Shown one piece after another: positions 45,110 through 54,609 of a stretch of DNA of 64,000 nt (positions are counted from its first letter, which is position 1; every line of letters starts with the position of its first letter). The position numbers were made by a program, and so were the translations under genes. This DNA is from Terracidiphilus sp. GTDB lineage: Bacteria; Acidobacteriota; Terriglobia; Terriglobales; Acidobacteriaceae. Below the pieces are notes generated by a model that worked only from the letters and a program-made list of their open reading frames with translations, was not told where the DNA came from and made no database searches. The stretch is from positions 34,426 through 98,425 of the forward strand of contig JBEKQD010000002.1 in assembly GCA_049520075.1 (NCBI GenBank). The letters are read 5' to 3'.

Positions 45110-45910
45110 ATGGGTTCGCCACTAGTGCCAGCGGAGTTGCCTGCTGATGATATGCATTCAAATTGGCTTCCAGCGACGCCAGTTGGCGACGCACCACTGG
45201 AAGACCATCTGATTGAAAGACCCAAGATATTGACGACATCAAAACTTCTTGTGATCGATGATGATATTGCTCTCGGTAAGTTCCTCATTCGCGAACTTAA
45301 GCGCAGGCAGTTCTCTGTGGAAGTGCGTCACGATGGCCAGACAGGTTGTGACGTAATTCGGGAGTCTGCTTTCGATCTCGTGATTCTTGATCTAAACATG
45401 CCCAAGATGGACGGAATCGCCGTCATTGGACAGGTTCGTTTGATGAACCCAAGACTCCCAATTCTAGTGTTGACGGCGAGGAACCGTACCGAGGACCTCG
45501 TAATGGCACTCGAGAGAGGTGCCGACGATTGCCTGATCAAGCCCTTTTCGTTCCTCGAATTGCTGGCACGGGTCCGATGTTTGCTTCGGCGCAATTCCAC
45601 TTCAGAGGTGAGTGCGTCGAATGTCGGCAATTTGACGATCAATCGAGAGGAACACTGGGTGATGCGTGGAACCAGGCGAATCGATCTCACTGTGCGTGAG
45701 TTCGCCCTTCTCGAATACTTGATGAACAACGTGGGCAAGGCGATATCACGCAAAACACTCATGGAAGAGGTGTGGAACATTCCAACCGATTCCACCACTA
45801 ACATCGTAGACGTGTACATGAAGTACCTGCGCGACAAGGTTGACCTCCCCGGAGAAGTGAAATTGATTCGTACGGTTCGTGGCGTTGGATACGTACTGAA
45901 TAATGAGTAA
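45110..45910 (+). CDS. OmpR/PhoB-family response regulator
   Basis: REC (LLVIDDD, DLVILDLNMPKMDG, LTARN, CLIKPF) plus winged helix (LTVREFALLEYL...IRTVRGVGY). Start uncertain: 45110, 45152 or a later TTG. About 40 aa precede the REC domain. Confidence 0.85.
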   Translation: MGSPLVPAELPADDMHSNWLPATPVGDAPLEDHLIERPKILTTSKLLVIDDDIALGKFLIRELKRRQFSVEVRHDGQTGCDVIRESAFDLVILDLNMPKMDGIAVIGQVRLMNPRLPILVLTARNRTEDLVMALERGADDCLIKPFSFLELLARVRCLLRRNSTSEVSASNVGNLTINREEHWVMRGTRRIDLTVREFALLEYLMNNVGKAISRKTLMEEVWNIPTDSTTNIVDVYMKYLRDKVDLPGEVKLIRTVRGVGYVLNNE

Positions 45911-46580
45911 CGGAAGTGTAAGCGGTGGATTGCCAGCTGTGAGATCCACATCGGAAATACTCTGCTCAAACTTGTCACAGGGCTTGCATGCCGCTGCCCA
46001 GCCCCTTACTATCCTTCGAGCCAGTCTGAGCAACCCCGATATAGATCGGATGAGTGGGGGCGAACTCAGAGAACTGGCGGCAAACTCCGCAGCGGAGGTT
46101 GAAAGAGTCTGTAAGCTTTTCGAGTATCTTCGGGAACTGGTACACGCCGAGAACACTAAGCCTCGTGTATCCTCAACGCCAATCCTTCCTCTTCTCTCGG
46201 AGGTAGTCAGCGGAGTCACACTCTTGTATGCCGAAAGCGGCATAGTACTCAACTCGATTGCGCCTGGTACCTGTCAGCCCGTTTTCATTGATCGCGCTAG
46301 AACTCTCCAGGCATTGTCGAGCGTGTTGCTGATCGCCTGTGGGGTGTCCCAAGCGCATGACACTGTTGAAGTTGTCGTCACGTCCCCAACTTTGAATACG
46401 GTTCAAATCGTTGTGCAGAATCTCAACTCCCGTATCGAGTCAATTAGTTCCGGAGCAAGATTGGATATGGCGCTAGCCGAGACAAATATCCGGAGCCAAC
46501 AGGCCAACTTCACTTGGAGTCTGGAACCATTCAGCGTCCGATTCGAACTGCCGAGTGCTCCAATTATTGACTCTCACTGA
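45903..46580 (+). CDS. soluble histidine-kinase-like protein with degenerate ATP-binding domain (pseudo-kinase)
   Basis: H-box-like LSQGLHAAAQPLTIL retained. Positions of N, G1 and G2 boxes read LLIACGVS, VQNLNSRI and GARLDMAL, with no Asn and no DxGxG or GxGL. No TM or sensor domain. 8-nt overlap with the regulator gene. Confidence 0.55.
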   Translation: MSNGSVSGGLPAVRSTSEILCSNLSQGLHAAAQPLTILRASLSNPDIDRMSGGELRELAANSAAEVERVCKLFEYLRELVHAENTKPRVSSTPILPLLSEVVSGVTLLYAESGIVLNSIAPGTCQPVFIDRARTLQALSSVLLIACGVSQAHDTVEVVVTSPTLNTVQIVVQNLNSRIESISSGARLDMALAETNIRSQQANFTWSLEPFSVRFELPSAPIIDSH

Positions 46581-46644
46581 CAATGGCTGTTATCAACAAC
46601 CAATAGACGACGATAGAATCCGCCCCATCGGCAAAGGTGAATTG

Positions 46645-47817
46645 ATGAGCACGTCTTCCTTACCGAAGTTTCGCAAGAACGAGATCAGCGTAGTCAATGT
46701 GCTGCTTGTGAGTCCCAACAGCAGGCTGCGCAGAGAACTGCGCGAGAAGCTTCCCCAAGCCCGTTGGAATTTGACCGAGGCCGCAAGCGGTGCTGAAGCG
46801 TTTGAGTGTCTGCATGAAAGTGTCAGCGAGATTCTGCTGCTCGATCCTCTGCTCCCGGACCTGGAGCCCAGTGAGTTCACTTCGATGGTCCGTGAACAGT
46901 TCCCCAATGTCCAGGTACTCTCGGTGAATTCACATACCGGACAGTTGATCGTTGGCGCTTCATCGCCTACTTCATTGTCGGCTGAACTCACCGAGATGCT
47001 TTACGGCGGCGGCAACAGCCGGCCCAACTCGTTCTCCCCGATGCAATTGCAACGAATGAGGTCAGCGGATGAGGGACGGGTCAGCCTTCGAGGCATGATC
47101 GGGGACTCGGAGCCGATGCGGCGCGTTTATGAATTGACCCACATGGTCGCGCGCCGAGATACTACCGTTCTGGTGAGTGGGGAGAGCGGCACTGGCAAAG
47201 ATATGATTGCGCAGGCAATCCATCTCATAAGCTTGCGGCAGACGCAGCCGCTTATCGTGATCAATTGTGCTGCCATCCCTGAGTCTTTGCTTGAAGCCGA
47301 GCTGTTCGGCTACGTGAAGGGTTCCTTCACCGGTGCGGTGCAATCGCGTATTGGCCGAATCCATGCGGCGCACATGGGAACTCTGTTCCTTGACGAGATT
47401 GGTGACATGCCGTTGTCTTTGCAAAGCAAGATGCTGCGCTTTCTTGAACAGGGTGAAGTGCAGAGAATCGGTGGCAACGACAACCTGAAGGTCGACGTTC
47501 GGGTGGTAGCGGCGACAAACTGCGATCTGCAGAGCCTAGTCAAGCAGCACCTCTTTCGCGAAGATCTGTATTATCGTCTCGCAGTTTTTCCAATTAAGCT
47601 GCCGCCTCTTCGAGAGCGCGTTGAAGACATCCAAAAACTAGCCGAGACTTTCTTGACAAAATTCTGCCCAGGCGCAAACCTGAGCGCGGAAGCGCTTGAC
47701 GTACTGAAGCGGCACGACTGGCCCGGAAACGTCCGCGAACTGCGAAATGTTCTTGAACGGACCAGCATAATCATCGGATCCGAGCGCGAGATAATGCCCC
47801 GTCACATTCTTATCTAG
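46645..47817 (+). CDS. sigma-54-dependent AAA+ activator with atypical receiver domain and no DNA-binding domain
   Basis: Walker A GESGTGKDMIA, sigma-54 contact loop GSFTGA, Walker B LFLDEIG, R-finger region WPGNVRELRNVLER. The protein stops 20 aa later, with no Fis-type HTH. The receiver has VLLVSPN instead of DD. Confidence 0.85.
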   Translation: MSTSSLPKFRKNEISVVNVLLVSPNSRLRRELREKLPQARWNLTEAASGAEAFECLHESVSEILLLDPLLPDLEPSEFTSMVREQFPNVQVLSVNSHTGQLIVGASSPTSLSAELTEMLYGGGNSRPNSFSPMQLQRMRSADEGRVSLRGMIGDSEPMRRVYELTHMVARRDTTVLVSGESGTGKDMIAQAIHLISLRQTQPLIVINCAAIPESLLEAELFGYVKGSFTGAVQSRIGRIHAAHMGTLFLDEIGDMPLSLQSKMLRFLEQGEVQRIGGNDNLKVDVRVVAATNCDLQSLVKQHLFREDLYYRLAVFPIKLPPLRERVEDIQKLAETFLTKFCPGANLSAEALDVLKRHDWPGNVRELRNVLERTSIIIGSEREIMPRHILI

Positions 47818-47907
47818 CTGTGCCAATTGAGCTTCCCACTATTCGTGACCATTTTGTAGCTAATCGCAGAGCCATCGCAGATATCCACTTCCCATTCAGA
47901 AATCAAG

Positions 47908-47923
47908 TGGCCCTCGCCGTGCT
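47908..47923 (+). promoter_or_regulatory. sigma-54 promoter-like element (GG-N10-GC)
   Basis: TGGCCCTCGCCGTGCT versus consensus TGGCACG-N4-TTGC. It lies only about 15 nt before ATG 47938, leaving almost no leader, hence low confidence. Confidence 0.25.
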
Positions 47924-47937
47924 TAGCTAATAGGCAG

Positions 47938-49341
47938 ATGCTGCCTAGTTCTCATCCCGCGCCAATAAACACATTGCTCGTAGACGACGAGTGCAATGTT
48001 CAGGACCACGCGCAATTCGTTTATTCGCAGTTCGATGGGGGTCACCTTCCGCAGAACGGCCCAGGAGCGCAATCCATCAGTGACGCGACGAACGCGGCGC
48101 TTCTAGCTGGTGAATTCTCAGAATTCATAGCGGCGGCGGCAAGGCTTGAGAACTCTTATCGTGCCCTGCAAGCAGAAGTGTCGGAACTGAGCCTGGAATT
48201 GTCGGAGCGGAATGCGGCGCTGAACACCAGTCTGGCAGACAACGAGCGTATGCGCCTGGATCTGCAACACATTGTGGACTCTATGCCTTGCGGCGTGCTC
48301 GTTCTCGATCGCGGCGGAGAGATCTCGATGATCAATCCGGAAAGCAAACGGTTGCTTGGACTTGATCGCACCCATTTTGATGAAGGATGCAAAACAACCT
48401 TACGGCAGATTTCCGCCTCTAGTGGTGTGAACCTCGAAGCATTCTGCGAAGGCACAGCAATCACGGACACACAACAGGAGTTCTGTGTTCAAGGTTCATC
48501 AGGAATGCGTTGGCTTGAGGTCAGCAATCGTCGGATGTTCCATCAATCCGTGAATGCAGAGGTGTCTGACCATACGATTCTGATTCTGCGCGACATAACG
48601 GCCCACAAGCGCTCTGAAAAAGAACGCGAAGCTGGGCGCAAGGCGATGGCCCTGGCAGAAATAACTACAGTTCTGGCTCACGAAATTAGAAACCCGTTAG
48701 CGAGCCTGGAACTGTTTGCCGAGTTGATAGAGCAGGATGGAGCCCGCCGCAGAGAATGGATCTCCAATCTGCGCGCCGGCATTCGCTCGCTCTCTGGAAC
48801 GGTGAACAACGTTCTATGTTTCCATGGTTCAGGCTCGTTAAAACTCGTTCCCTTGCCGCTGTCAACCCTCATCGGTAAGGCGCTCCGGTTTGTTCAGCCC
48901 TTGGCAGATCAGGCAGCTGTTGCATTGGAATGGTCGGCCGATGACGACCCAACTCTGGTGATGGGCAATGAGAGCGCGCTCCAGCAGGTGGTTTTGAACC
49001 TCGTTTCTAACGCTATTCGCCATACGCAGGCGGCCGGTACCGTTACTGTGTCGCTCGGGCCTAAGCAGCATTTCACAAAGGGCGAGAATCGCAACGAACA
49101 AACCGAATATGTCAGCGCTGAATTTGCCGACACCGGATGCGGCTTGCGGCCTGACCAGATTGCGCACCTCTTCGAACCAGGCTTCAGCGGAACCGGCGAT
49201 ACCTCGGGACTCGGCCTCGCAGTTTGCGAGCGGATCATGAAACAGCACGGAGGCTGGATTTCGGCCTCGAACGGGGTCCATTCCGGCGCTCGATTCACTT
49301 TGTATTTTCCCGTAGCTCAACCTGAGTTGGTGACAGCATGA
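47938..49341 (+). CDS. cytoplasmic PAS sensor histidine kinase (FleS/FlrB-like position)
   Basis: PAS (MPCGVLVLDRGGEISMINPE), H-box LAHEIRNPLASL, N-box LVSNAIRHT, G1 DTGCGL, G2 GLGLAVCE. No TM segment. Confidence 0.9.
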   Translation: MLPSSHPAPINTLLVDDECNVQDHAQFVYSQFDGGHLPQNGPGAQSISDATNAALLAGEFSEFIAAAARLENSYRALQAEVSELSLELSERNAALNTSLADNERMRLDLQHIVDSMPCGVLVLDRGGEISMINPESKRLLGLDRTHFDEGCKTTLRQISASSGVNLEAFCEGTAITDTQQEFCVQGSSGMRWLEVSNRRMFHQSVNAEVSDHTILILRDITAHKRSEKEREAGRKAMALAEITTVLAHEIRNPLASLELFAELIEQDGARRREWISNLRAGIRSLSGTVNNVLCFHGSGSLKLVPLPLSTLIGKALRFVQPLADQAAVALEWSADDDPTLVMGNESALQQVVLNLVSNAIRHTQAAGTVTVSLGPKQHFTKGENRNEQTEYVSAEFADTGCGLRPDQIAHLFEPGFSGTGDTSGLGLAVCERIMKQHGGWISASNGVHSGARFTLYFPVAQPELVTA

Positions 49342-50735
49342 ACAGTACTTGCTCAAGCGACGGGAACTCCTCCGTCTTGGTAGTCGATGACGAACCGGGA
49401 ATGCGCACGGCATTGCAGGCTAATTTCCTCCGTCACGGGTGGCGTGTCGAAACAGCAAGCGGTGTTCGTGACGCAGCGCGAGCCGTCAGCCTTTCAAGTT
49501 TCGATCTGGTGGTCAGCGACATCCGCATGAGGGATGGGGACGGCTTTGAGGTAATGTGCTCGGTCCTGAAAGACTCGCCAACCACAGCGGTAATTCTGTT
49601 GACTGCCTATGGAAGCGTTCCCGAAGCAGTTCAGTCGATGCGCAGTGGCGCATTCGACTATCTGACGAAGCCTGTCTCCTTTGAACAGCTTCAGGCGGCA
49701 GCTGCACGCGTCATGCAACGAATTGCCGAGAAGACTGTAATCGAAAAAGTTCAAGATGATCGCGCGAATGCGAGAACCGTTACGGCGGGAATCGTCGGTC
49801 GCTCTCCATTGCTTCTTCAAGCCATGCAACGTGCTCGCGCCGCTGCAAGTACCGATGCGGATGTGTTAGTCGAATCGGAAAGCGGAACAGGCAAAGAGCT
49901 ACTGGCGAGGTACATTCATGCAACTAGTGATCGAAGCCACAAACCGTTTATTGCCATAAACTGCGCTGCAGTGCCGGAGCACCTGATCGAAAGCGAATTA
50001 TTCGGCCATGCTAAAGGCGCTTTCACGGGCGCCAGTTCCGCCAAAGCCGGAAAATTCGAATTGGCGAATGGCGGCACACTGCTTCTCGATGAAATCGGCG
50101 AGATGCCCTTGAATCTGCAACCCAAGCTTTTGCGGGTCCTTCAGGAGCGCGAATTTGAGAGGCTCGGCGAGACGCGGTCTATCCATGTCAACATTCGCGT
50201 AATTGCCACGACCAACGCTTCCCTTGGCGCAATGGTGGAGCAAGGACGTTTCCGCAGTGATCTCTACTATCGGCTCAACGTGATTCCGCTTTCCCTTCCC
50301 AGTCTTCGCGAACGGTTGGAGGATATCCCGGCGTTGGCGGAGTACTTCGCTCAGAGATTTGCGGCCGAAACAGACAATCCTGTTCCGCTGCTTGAACCGA
50401 GCTTTCTTGAGAGGCTGCAAGATTACGACTGGCCCGGCAATGTTCGCGAACTTGCCAACTTCATGCGTCGCGTGCTCTCCCTGCACCAGGGAGCCACAAT
50501 CGACGCGGCGTGCTTCTACAAAGAGTTCCAGCCAATGGGAAGAACGCAGGCCACACCTTACGCGATGCCGGCCCCAGGAACGCCCATTTCGGTGCTCGAA
50601 AAGATTCACCTCGAAAACACGCTAGCCCTTGCAAATGGAAACCGAACGCACGCGGCGGAGATGCTGGGGATCAGTCTTCGAACGATACGAAACAAAATCA
50701 AGGAGTACGGTCTACCTCCAAGGAGATACGCATGA
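49338..50735 (+). CDS. NtrC-family sigma-54-dependent response regulator (FleR/FlrC-like position)
   Basis: REC (VLVVDDE, DLVVSDIRMRDGDG), AAA+ (ESGTGKELLA, GAFTGA, LLLDEIG) and C-terminal Fis-type HTH (NRTHAAEMLGISLRTIRNKIKEY). ATGA overlaps on both sides. Confidence 0.9.
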   Translation: MNSTCSSDGNSSVLVVDDEPGMRTALQANFLRHGWRVETASGVRDAARAVSLSSFDLVVSDIRMRDGDGFEVMCSVLKDSPTTAVILLTAYGSVPEAVQSMRSGAFDYLTKPVSFEQLQAAAARVMQRIAEKTVIEKVQDDRANARTVTAGIVGRSPLLLQAMQRARAAASTDADVLVESESGTGKELLARYIHATSDRSHKPFIAINCAAVPEHLIESELFGHAKGAFTGASSAKAGKFELANGGTLLLDEIGEMPLNLQPKLLRVLQEREFERLGETRSIHVNIRVIATTNASLGAMVEQGRFRSDLYYRLNVIPLSLPSLRERLEDIPALAEYFAQRFAAETDNPVPLLEPSFLERLQDYDWPGNVRELANFMRRVLSLHQGATIDAACFYKEFQPMGRTQATPYAMPAPGTPISVLEKIHLENTLALANGNRTHAAEMLGISLRTIRNKIKEYGLPPRRYA

Positions 50736-51115
50736 CGCAGGCCACACCACTCATTTCAACGCTGGAGAGCTACCTCAGTTTGACAACAAGGCGCGAGCAG
50801 GCAATTTCGTCCAACATGGCCAACGTCGACACGCCTGGCTACCATACGCGCGACATGGACTTCAATAGCGAACTGCAGAGGGCCACAAGTGGGGTCTTGA
50901 GCGAATCCGCGGACGGTACCGGATCCGTGCAAATCAATCCGGTCGTTCGCGAAGTTCCAGGCCTGTTGGAGCGCCCAGACGGCAACAACGTGAGCCTTGA
51001 TCGCGAAGGACTCTTGATGTCAGAGACGCAACTTCAGTACCAGATCGGCATCCAGCTCATCAAGCATCAGTTTCACCAAATTCTCAGCGCCATCAGCGGA
51101 GGAAGTCAGTCATGA
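50732..51115 (+). CDS. flgB: flagellar basal-body rod protein FlgB
   Basis: 127 aa from ATG 50732: REQAISSNMANVDTPGY is the rod-protein N-terminal signature. Confidence 0.9.
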   Translation: MTQATPLISTLESYLSLTTRREQAISSNMANVDTPGYHTRDMDFNSELQRATSGVLSESADGTGSVQINPVVREVPGLLERPDGNNVSLDREGLLMSETQLQYQIGIQLIKHQFHQILSAISGGSQS

Positions 51116-51558
51116 ACCTTTTCGACTCGCTACAGATCAGCGGATCTGCGTTGGCGGCAGAACGGCAGCGCTCTGAGGTTGTCGCCGCAAATATGGCCAA
51201 TGCCGAGACGACGCATACCGACGCAGGTGGACCGTTTCGTCGCAGGGAGGTCGTCTTCCAGTCGTCTGGGGCTTCGTCATTCCGGCTTGCCCTTGCCAAC
51301 ACCGGAGACGCCAATGGAGAGGTTCCTGGAAGCGTGAGAATCTCCGAAGTCGTTGACGATCCAGCGCCTCCTGTCATGCGTTATGAGCCCGGCCACCCGG
51401 ATGCAAACAAGGACGGCTACGTTGCTTATCCGGCGATCAACCCGGCTATGGAAATGGTTGACCTGATGGGTTCTGTGCGCGCCTATCAACTAAATGCTTC
51501 GGCAGTGGCAGCGACCAAGCAGATGATCCAGCAAACGATTGACATCCTCAAAAGCTAG
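51112..51558 (+). CDS. flgC: flagellar basal-body rod protein FlgC
   Basis: ISGSALAAERQRSEVVAANMANAETT and C-terminal VRAYQLNASAVAATKQM are typical of FlgC. Confidence 0.9.
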   Translation: MNLFDSLQISGSALAAERQRSEVVAANMANAETTHTDAGGPFRRREVVFQSSGASSFRLALANTGDANGEVPGSVRISEVVDDPAPPVMRYEPGHPDANKDGYVAYPAINPAMEMVDLMGSVRAYQLNASAVAATKQMIQQTIDILKS

Positions 51559-51573
51559 GCGAAAGGGATCAAG

Positions 51574-51879
51574 ATGAGCAGTCCAGTTTCAGGTCTCGGC
51601 GCAATTGGCAATATCGGTGCTCTCCCAAACTTTTCACCCGCTTCGCCTGCTGAGGCAGGTGGAAGCTTCAGCGACGTTCTGTCGAATGCTCTTCACCAGG
51701 TCAACCAGCTGAACGGCGGCGCCGAACAGCAGATTGGCAGCTTGCTGAAGGGCGGCAACGCGGATATGAGCACTGTGATGATCGCAATTGAAAAGGCAGA
51801 TGTTGCCTTTCAGCTCATGATGCAGGTTCGCAACAAGATTGTCAGCGCTTACCAGGATATTGAGAAGATGCAGTTCTAA
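51574..51879 (+). CDS. fliE: flagellar hook-basal body protein FliE
   Basis: 101 aa; MIAIEKADVAFQLMMQVRNKIVSAYQDIEKMQF is the conserved FliE C-terminus. Confidence 0.9.
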   Translation: MSSPVSGLGAIGNIGALPNFSPASPAEAGGSFSDVLSNALHQVNQLNGGAEQQIGSLLKGGNADMSTVMIAIEKADVAFQLMMQVRNKIVSAYQDIEKMQF

Positions 51880-51973
51880 GTGACGCATCTTCGTGAATGC
51901 AAATGCAAGTTGGCGCTTTGAGAAATGCGGCTCCGATTGCGTGGCCTTAGGGATTCGGGGAAATTGAGGACCA

Positions 51974-53593
51974 ATGGCGGCAAATAACCAGATGGTGGCT
52001 TCAAAGCAGGCACCGGGCGCAAGCCGGGCGATGGATCACGCGAAGCAGTTCTGGGTGGGCCTTCGTCCGCAGCAGAAAATTTATCTCGGCATTGGTCTCG
52101 CCGCAACTTTGGCCGTCGCGATCTTCTTTGTGAAATTGATTGCGACGCCCACCTACAAGCCCTTGATGACAGGGATGGAACCAGCCGATGCGCAGGCGAT
52201 CGCGACGCAATTGGCGGCGAAGAAGATTCCTTACCTGTTGAGCCCCGACGGCACCTCCATCAGCGTCCCTGCCGACCAGGTCGATGCCGCCCGGCTTGAA
52301 GTCGCGTCGCACGATTCTCCCAAAAGCGGGCGCATTGGCTTTGAGATCTTCGACAAGGTCTCATGGGGGCAAACGGAGTTCGATGAAAAGGTGAACTACC
52401 AGCGCGCGATGGAAGGCGAGCTTGAAAGAACGATTCAGACCATGAGTAGTATCAAGAGTGCTCGGGTCCACCTCGTGATGGCGACCGACTCGGTTTTTAT
52501 GGACCGGGAGCGCGGCGCCAAGGCATCTGTCACTGTGCGGCTGCGGCGCGGAAGCCTGTCCCGAGAGGACATCTCTTCGATTCAACGGCTCGTCGCGGGA
52601 GCAGTCGATGAACTCAAGCCAGCGGACGTAGTAATCATAGATGCTGATTCGAATCAGTCACTCGGACAGGGTAGCGGTTCCGGCGACCAAAACGATGGGA
52701 TTGAGCAGGAATTGACACGCCGGCTGATCGCGACCTTGGGACCTGTTGTAGGAGCCGATCGCATCCACGCCTCGGTAAACGTGGAATATGAAACCGGCAG
52801 CAGTGAAGAAAGCGAAGAAAAATACGATCCCGCCGTTAGTGCCACTTTGACCATGCAGCATTCTGAGGAAAGCAGCAGCTCGGGCGGGACCTTGGGCGGC
52901 GTGCCTGGCACATCGAGCAATGTGCCCAAAGCCAAGGCGCCTGCAGCCGCCCCTGGAACGAAGGAACAGACCCAGTCATCATCATCAAAGACAGATAACA
53001 ATACCTATGGCGTGAACAGAACAACGCGCCATCTTATTGAACCCGCTGGGAGCATTCGCCGCATCACGGCCGCCGTACTGTTGGACGATGCCGTCGAGCA
53101 AAAGCAGGAAAACGGCAAGTGGGTACAGGTTCATCGTAAGAGATCGCCTGACGAGCTACAGATGATCAGTGAAACCGCGCAAGCGGCAATCGGATTCAAC
53201 GGCGCTCGGGGCGACGTGATCAGCGTCAAGAACCTGACCTTTGACCGGGCCCCTGTTGAGGATCTTCCGCCCACAACGATGGTCGACAAGGTGCGAAAAG
53301 GCATAACTGACTATTCGTCAATAATCCGCTACGCGGCACTGCTGGTCCTGTTCCTCCTTGTCTACCTGCTGATGATCAGGCCCATCCAGAAGCGCGCTCT
53401 CGCAACCCCGATTCCGCTTCCGGTGTCACGGACTCCAGTTCAGACTGACCCCGAGTTGGCCGCCCCTGACGTCGCGGCTTCTCTTGCCCAACGCAACACC
53501 TTTCTGAAGAAACAACTCGTCGAGTTTGTAAAGGCTGAGCCGGCAAGCAGCTCAACCGCCGTTCGTGCATGGCTGCAAGAGGAGAATTCGTAA
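51974..53593 (+). CDS. fliF: flagellar M-ring protein FliF
   Basis: 539 aa; N-terminal TM, LSPDGTSISVP...NYQRAMEGELERTI...ARVHLV ring-building motifs, second TM near the C-terminus. Confidence 0.9.
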   Translation: MAANNQMVASKQAPGASRAMDHAKQFWVGLRPQQKIYLGIGLAATLAVAIFFVKLIATPTYKPLMTGMEPADAQAIATQLAAKKIPYLLSPDGTSISVPADQVDAARLEVASHDSPKSGRIGFEIFDKVSWGQTEFDEKVNYQRAMEGELERTIQTMSSIKSARVHLVMATDSVFMDRERGAKASVTVRLRRGSLSREDISSIQRLVAGAVDELKPADVVIIDADSNQSLGQGSGSGDQNDGIEQELTRRLIATLGPVVGADRIHASVNVEYETGSSEESEEKYDPAVSATLTMQHSEESSSSGGTLGGVPGTSSNVPKAKAPAAAPGTKEQTQSSSSKTDNNTYGVNRTTRHLIEPAGSIRRITAAVLLDDAVEQKQENGKWVQVHRKRSPDELQMISETAQAAIGFNGARGDVISVKNLTFDRAPVEDLPPTTMVDKVRKGITDYSSIIRYAALLVLFLLVYLLMIRPIQKRALATPIPLPVSRTPVQTDPELAAPDVAASLAQRNTFLKKQLVEFVKAEPASSSTAVRAWLQEENS

Positions 53594-53595
53594 CT

Positions 53596-54609
53596 ATGCC
53601 AACTGAAAAAACGAACCTCAGCGGCGTTCGCAAAGCCGCGATTCTCCTGACGGTTTTGGGCGAAGAATCTGCTGCTACAGTATTCCGCGATCTGAACCCG
53701 CTGGACTTGCAGCTTGTTGCCGACGAGGTGGCGAGTTTAGGAAAAATACCGGTAGAATTGTCGATCCAGGTTATTGAAGAGTACCAGCGGATGACTCAGG
53801 CCCAGGACTACCTTGTCCAGGGAGGCTATGATCTCGCCAAGCGCCTTCTGATCAGGGCTTTCGGGGAAGGCGAAGCAGAGGGAATTTTGCAGCGCCTGAC
53901 CAAGGCACGAGACCTCAAACCCGTCGAGTCGTTACGGCGGGCCGATCCTCAGAAGCTCGCAAGATTTCTCGAAGCCGAACATCCACAGACGATCGCTCTC
54001 ATCCTTGGTCAACTCGGAGATCGTCAGGCGTCCGCCTTGTTGATGAGTCTTCCAATCGAAATTCGAGCCGAAGCAGTAAAGAGACTTGCGAACCTGCGGC
54101 GATTCTCACCGGAAATGGCGGAGAAAGTCTCACTCGTGCTTGCCGAGCGACTCAAGTCGGTTGCAGAACAAGGCAAACGAACTTATTCGGGCTTCCAGAG
54201 CGCAGCGGACATCATGAACTGCATCGACACGACCGTAGCACAGGAAATTCTCGAGAGCATTGAGAACGTCGAACCGACGTTGGCAATTAGTATTCGCGAT
54301 CTAATGTTCACGTTCGCGGATCTTCTGCAGGTTGGGGAGGCACACATTCGCGAGTTGGCGGGCGCGCTCGACAAGCGGACGCTGGCGATGGCCTTGAAGG
54401 GAACCAATGAAGAATTGAAGAACCACATCTTCCGGACCATGTCGTCGAGAGCAGTTGAAATGCTCAAGGAGGATATGGAAGCGCTGGGCCCGGTGCGCGG
54501 CAAGGATGTAGCCAAGGCGCAGGCGGAAATTGTTGCTATCGCCCGACAGCTTGAGGCCGAGGGAAAGATCGTATTGAAGGGCGAGGCAAATGAAGAATTT
54601 CTCGTTTGA
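53596..54609 (+). CDS. fliG: flagellar motor switch protein FliG
   Basis: ATG 53596 with GGAG upstream: LSGVRKAAILLTVLGEE, EHPQTIALIL, MLKEDMEALGPVR. Confidence 0.95.
   Translation: MPTEKTNLSGVRKAAILLTVLGEESAATVFRDLNPLDLQLVADEVASLGKIPVELSIQVIEEYQRMTQAQDYLVQGGYDLAKRLLIRAFGEGEAEGILQRLTKARDLKPVESLRRADPQKLARFLEAEHPQTIALILGQLGDRQASALLMSLPIEIRAEAVKRLANLRRFSPEMAEKVSLVLAERLKSVAEQGKRTYSGFQSAADIMNCIDTTVAQEILESIENVEPTLAISIRDLMFTFADLLQVGEAHIRELAGALDKRTLAMALKGTNEELKNHIFRTMSSRAVEMLKEDMEALGPVRGKDVAKAQAEIVAIARQLEAEGKIVLKGEANEEFLV

Noticed and set aside
51880-51973. Searched the fliE-fliF gap for sigma-54 (GG-N10-GC) or sigma-28 boxes
   Set aside because: No GG/GC pair with correct spacing and no CCGATA box. 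fliF is probably co-transcribed with flgBC-fliE, or uses a promoter type I cannot recognise.
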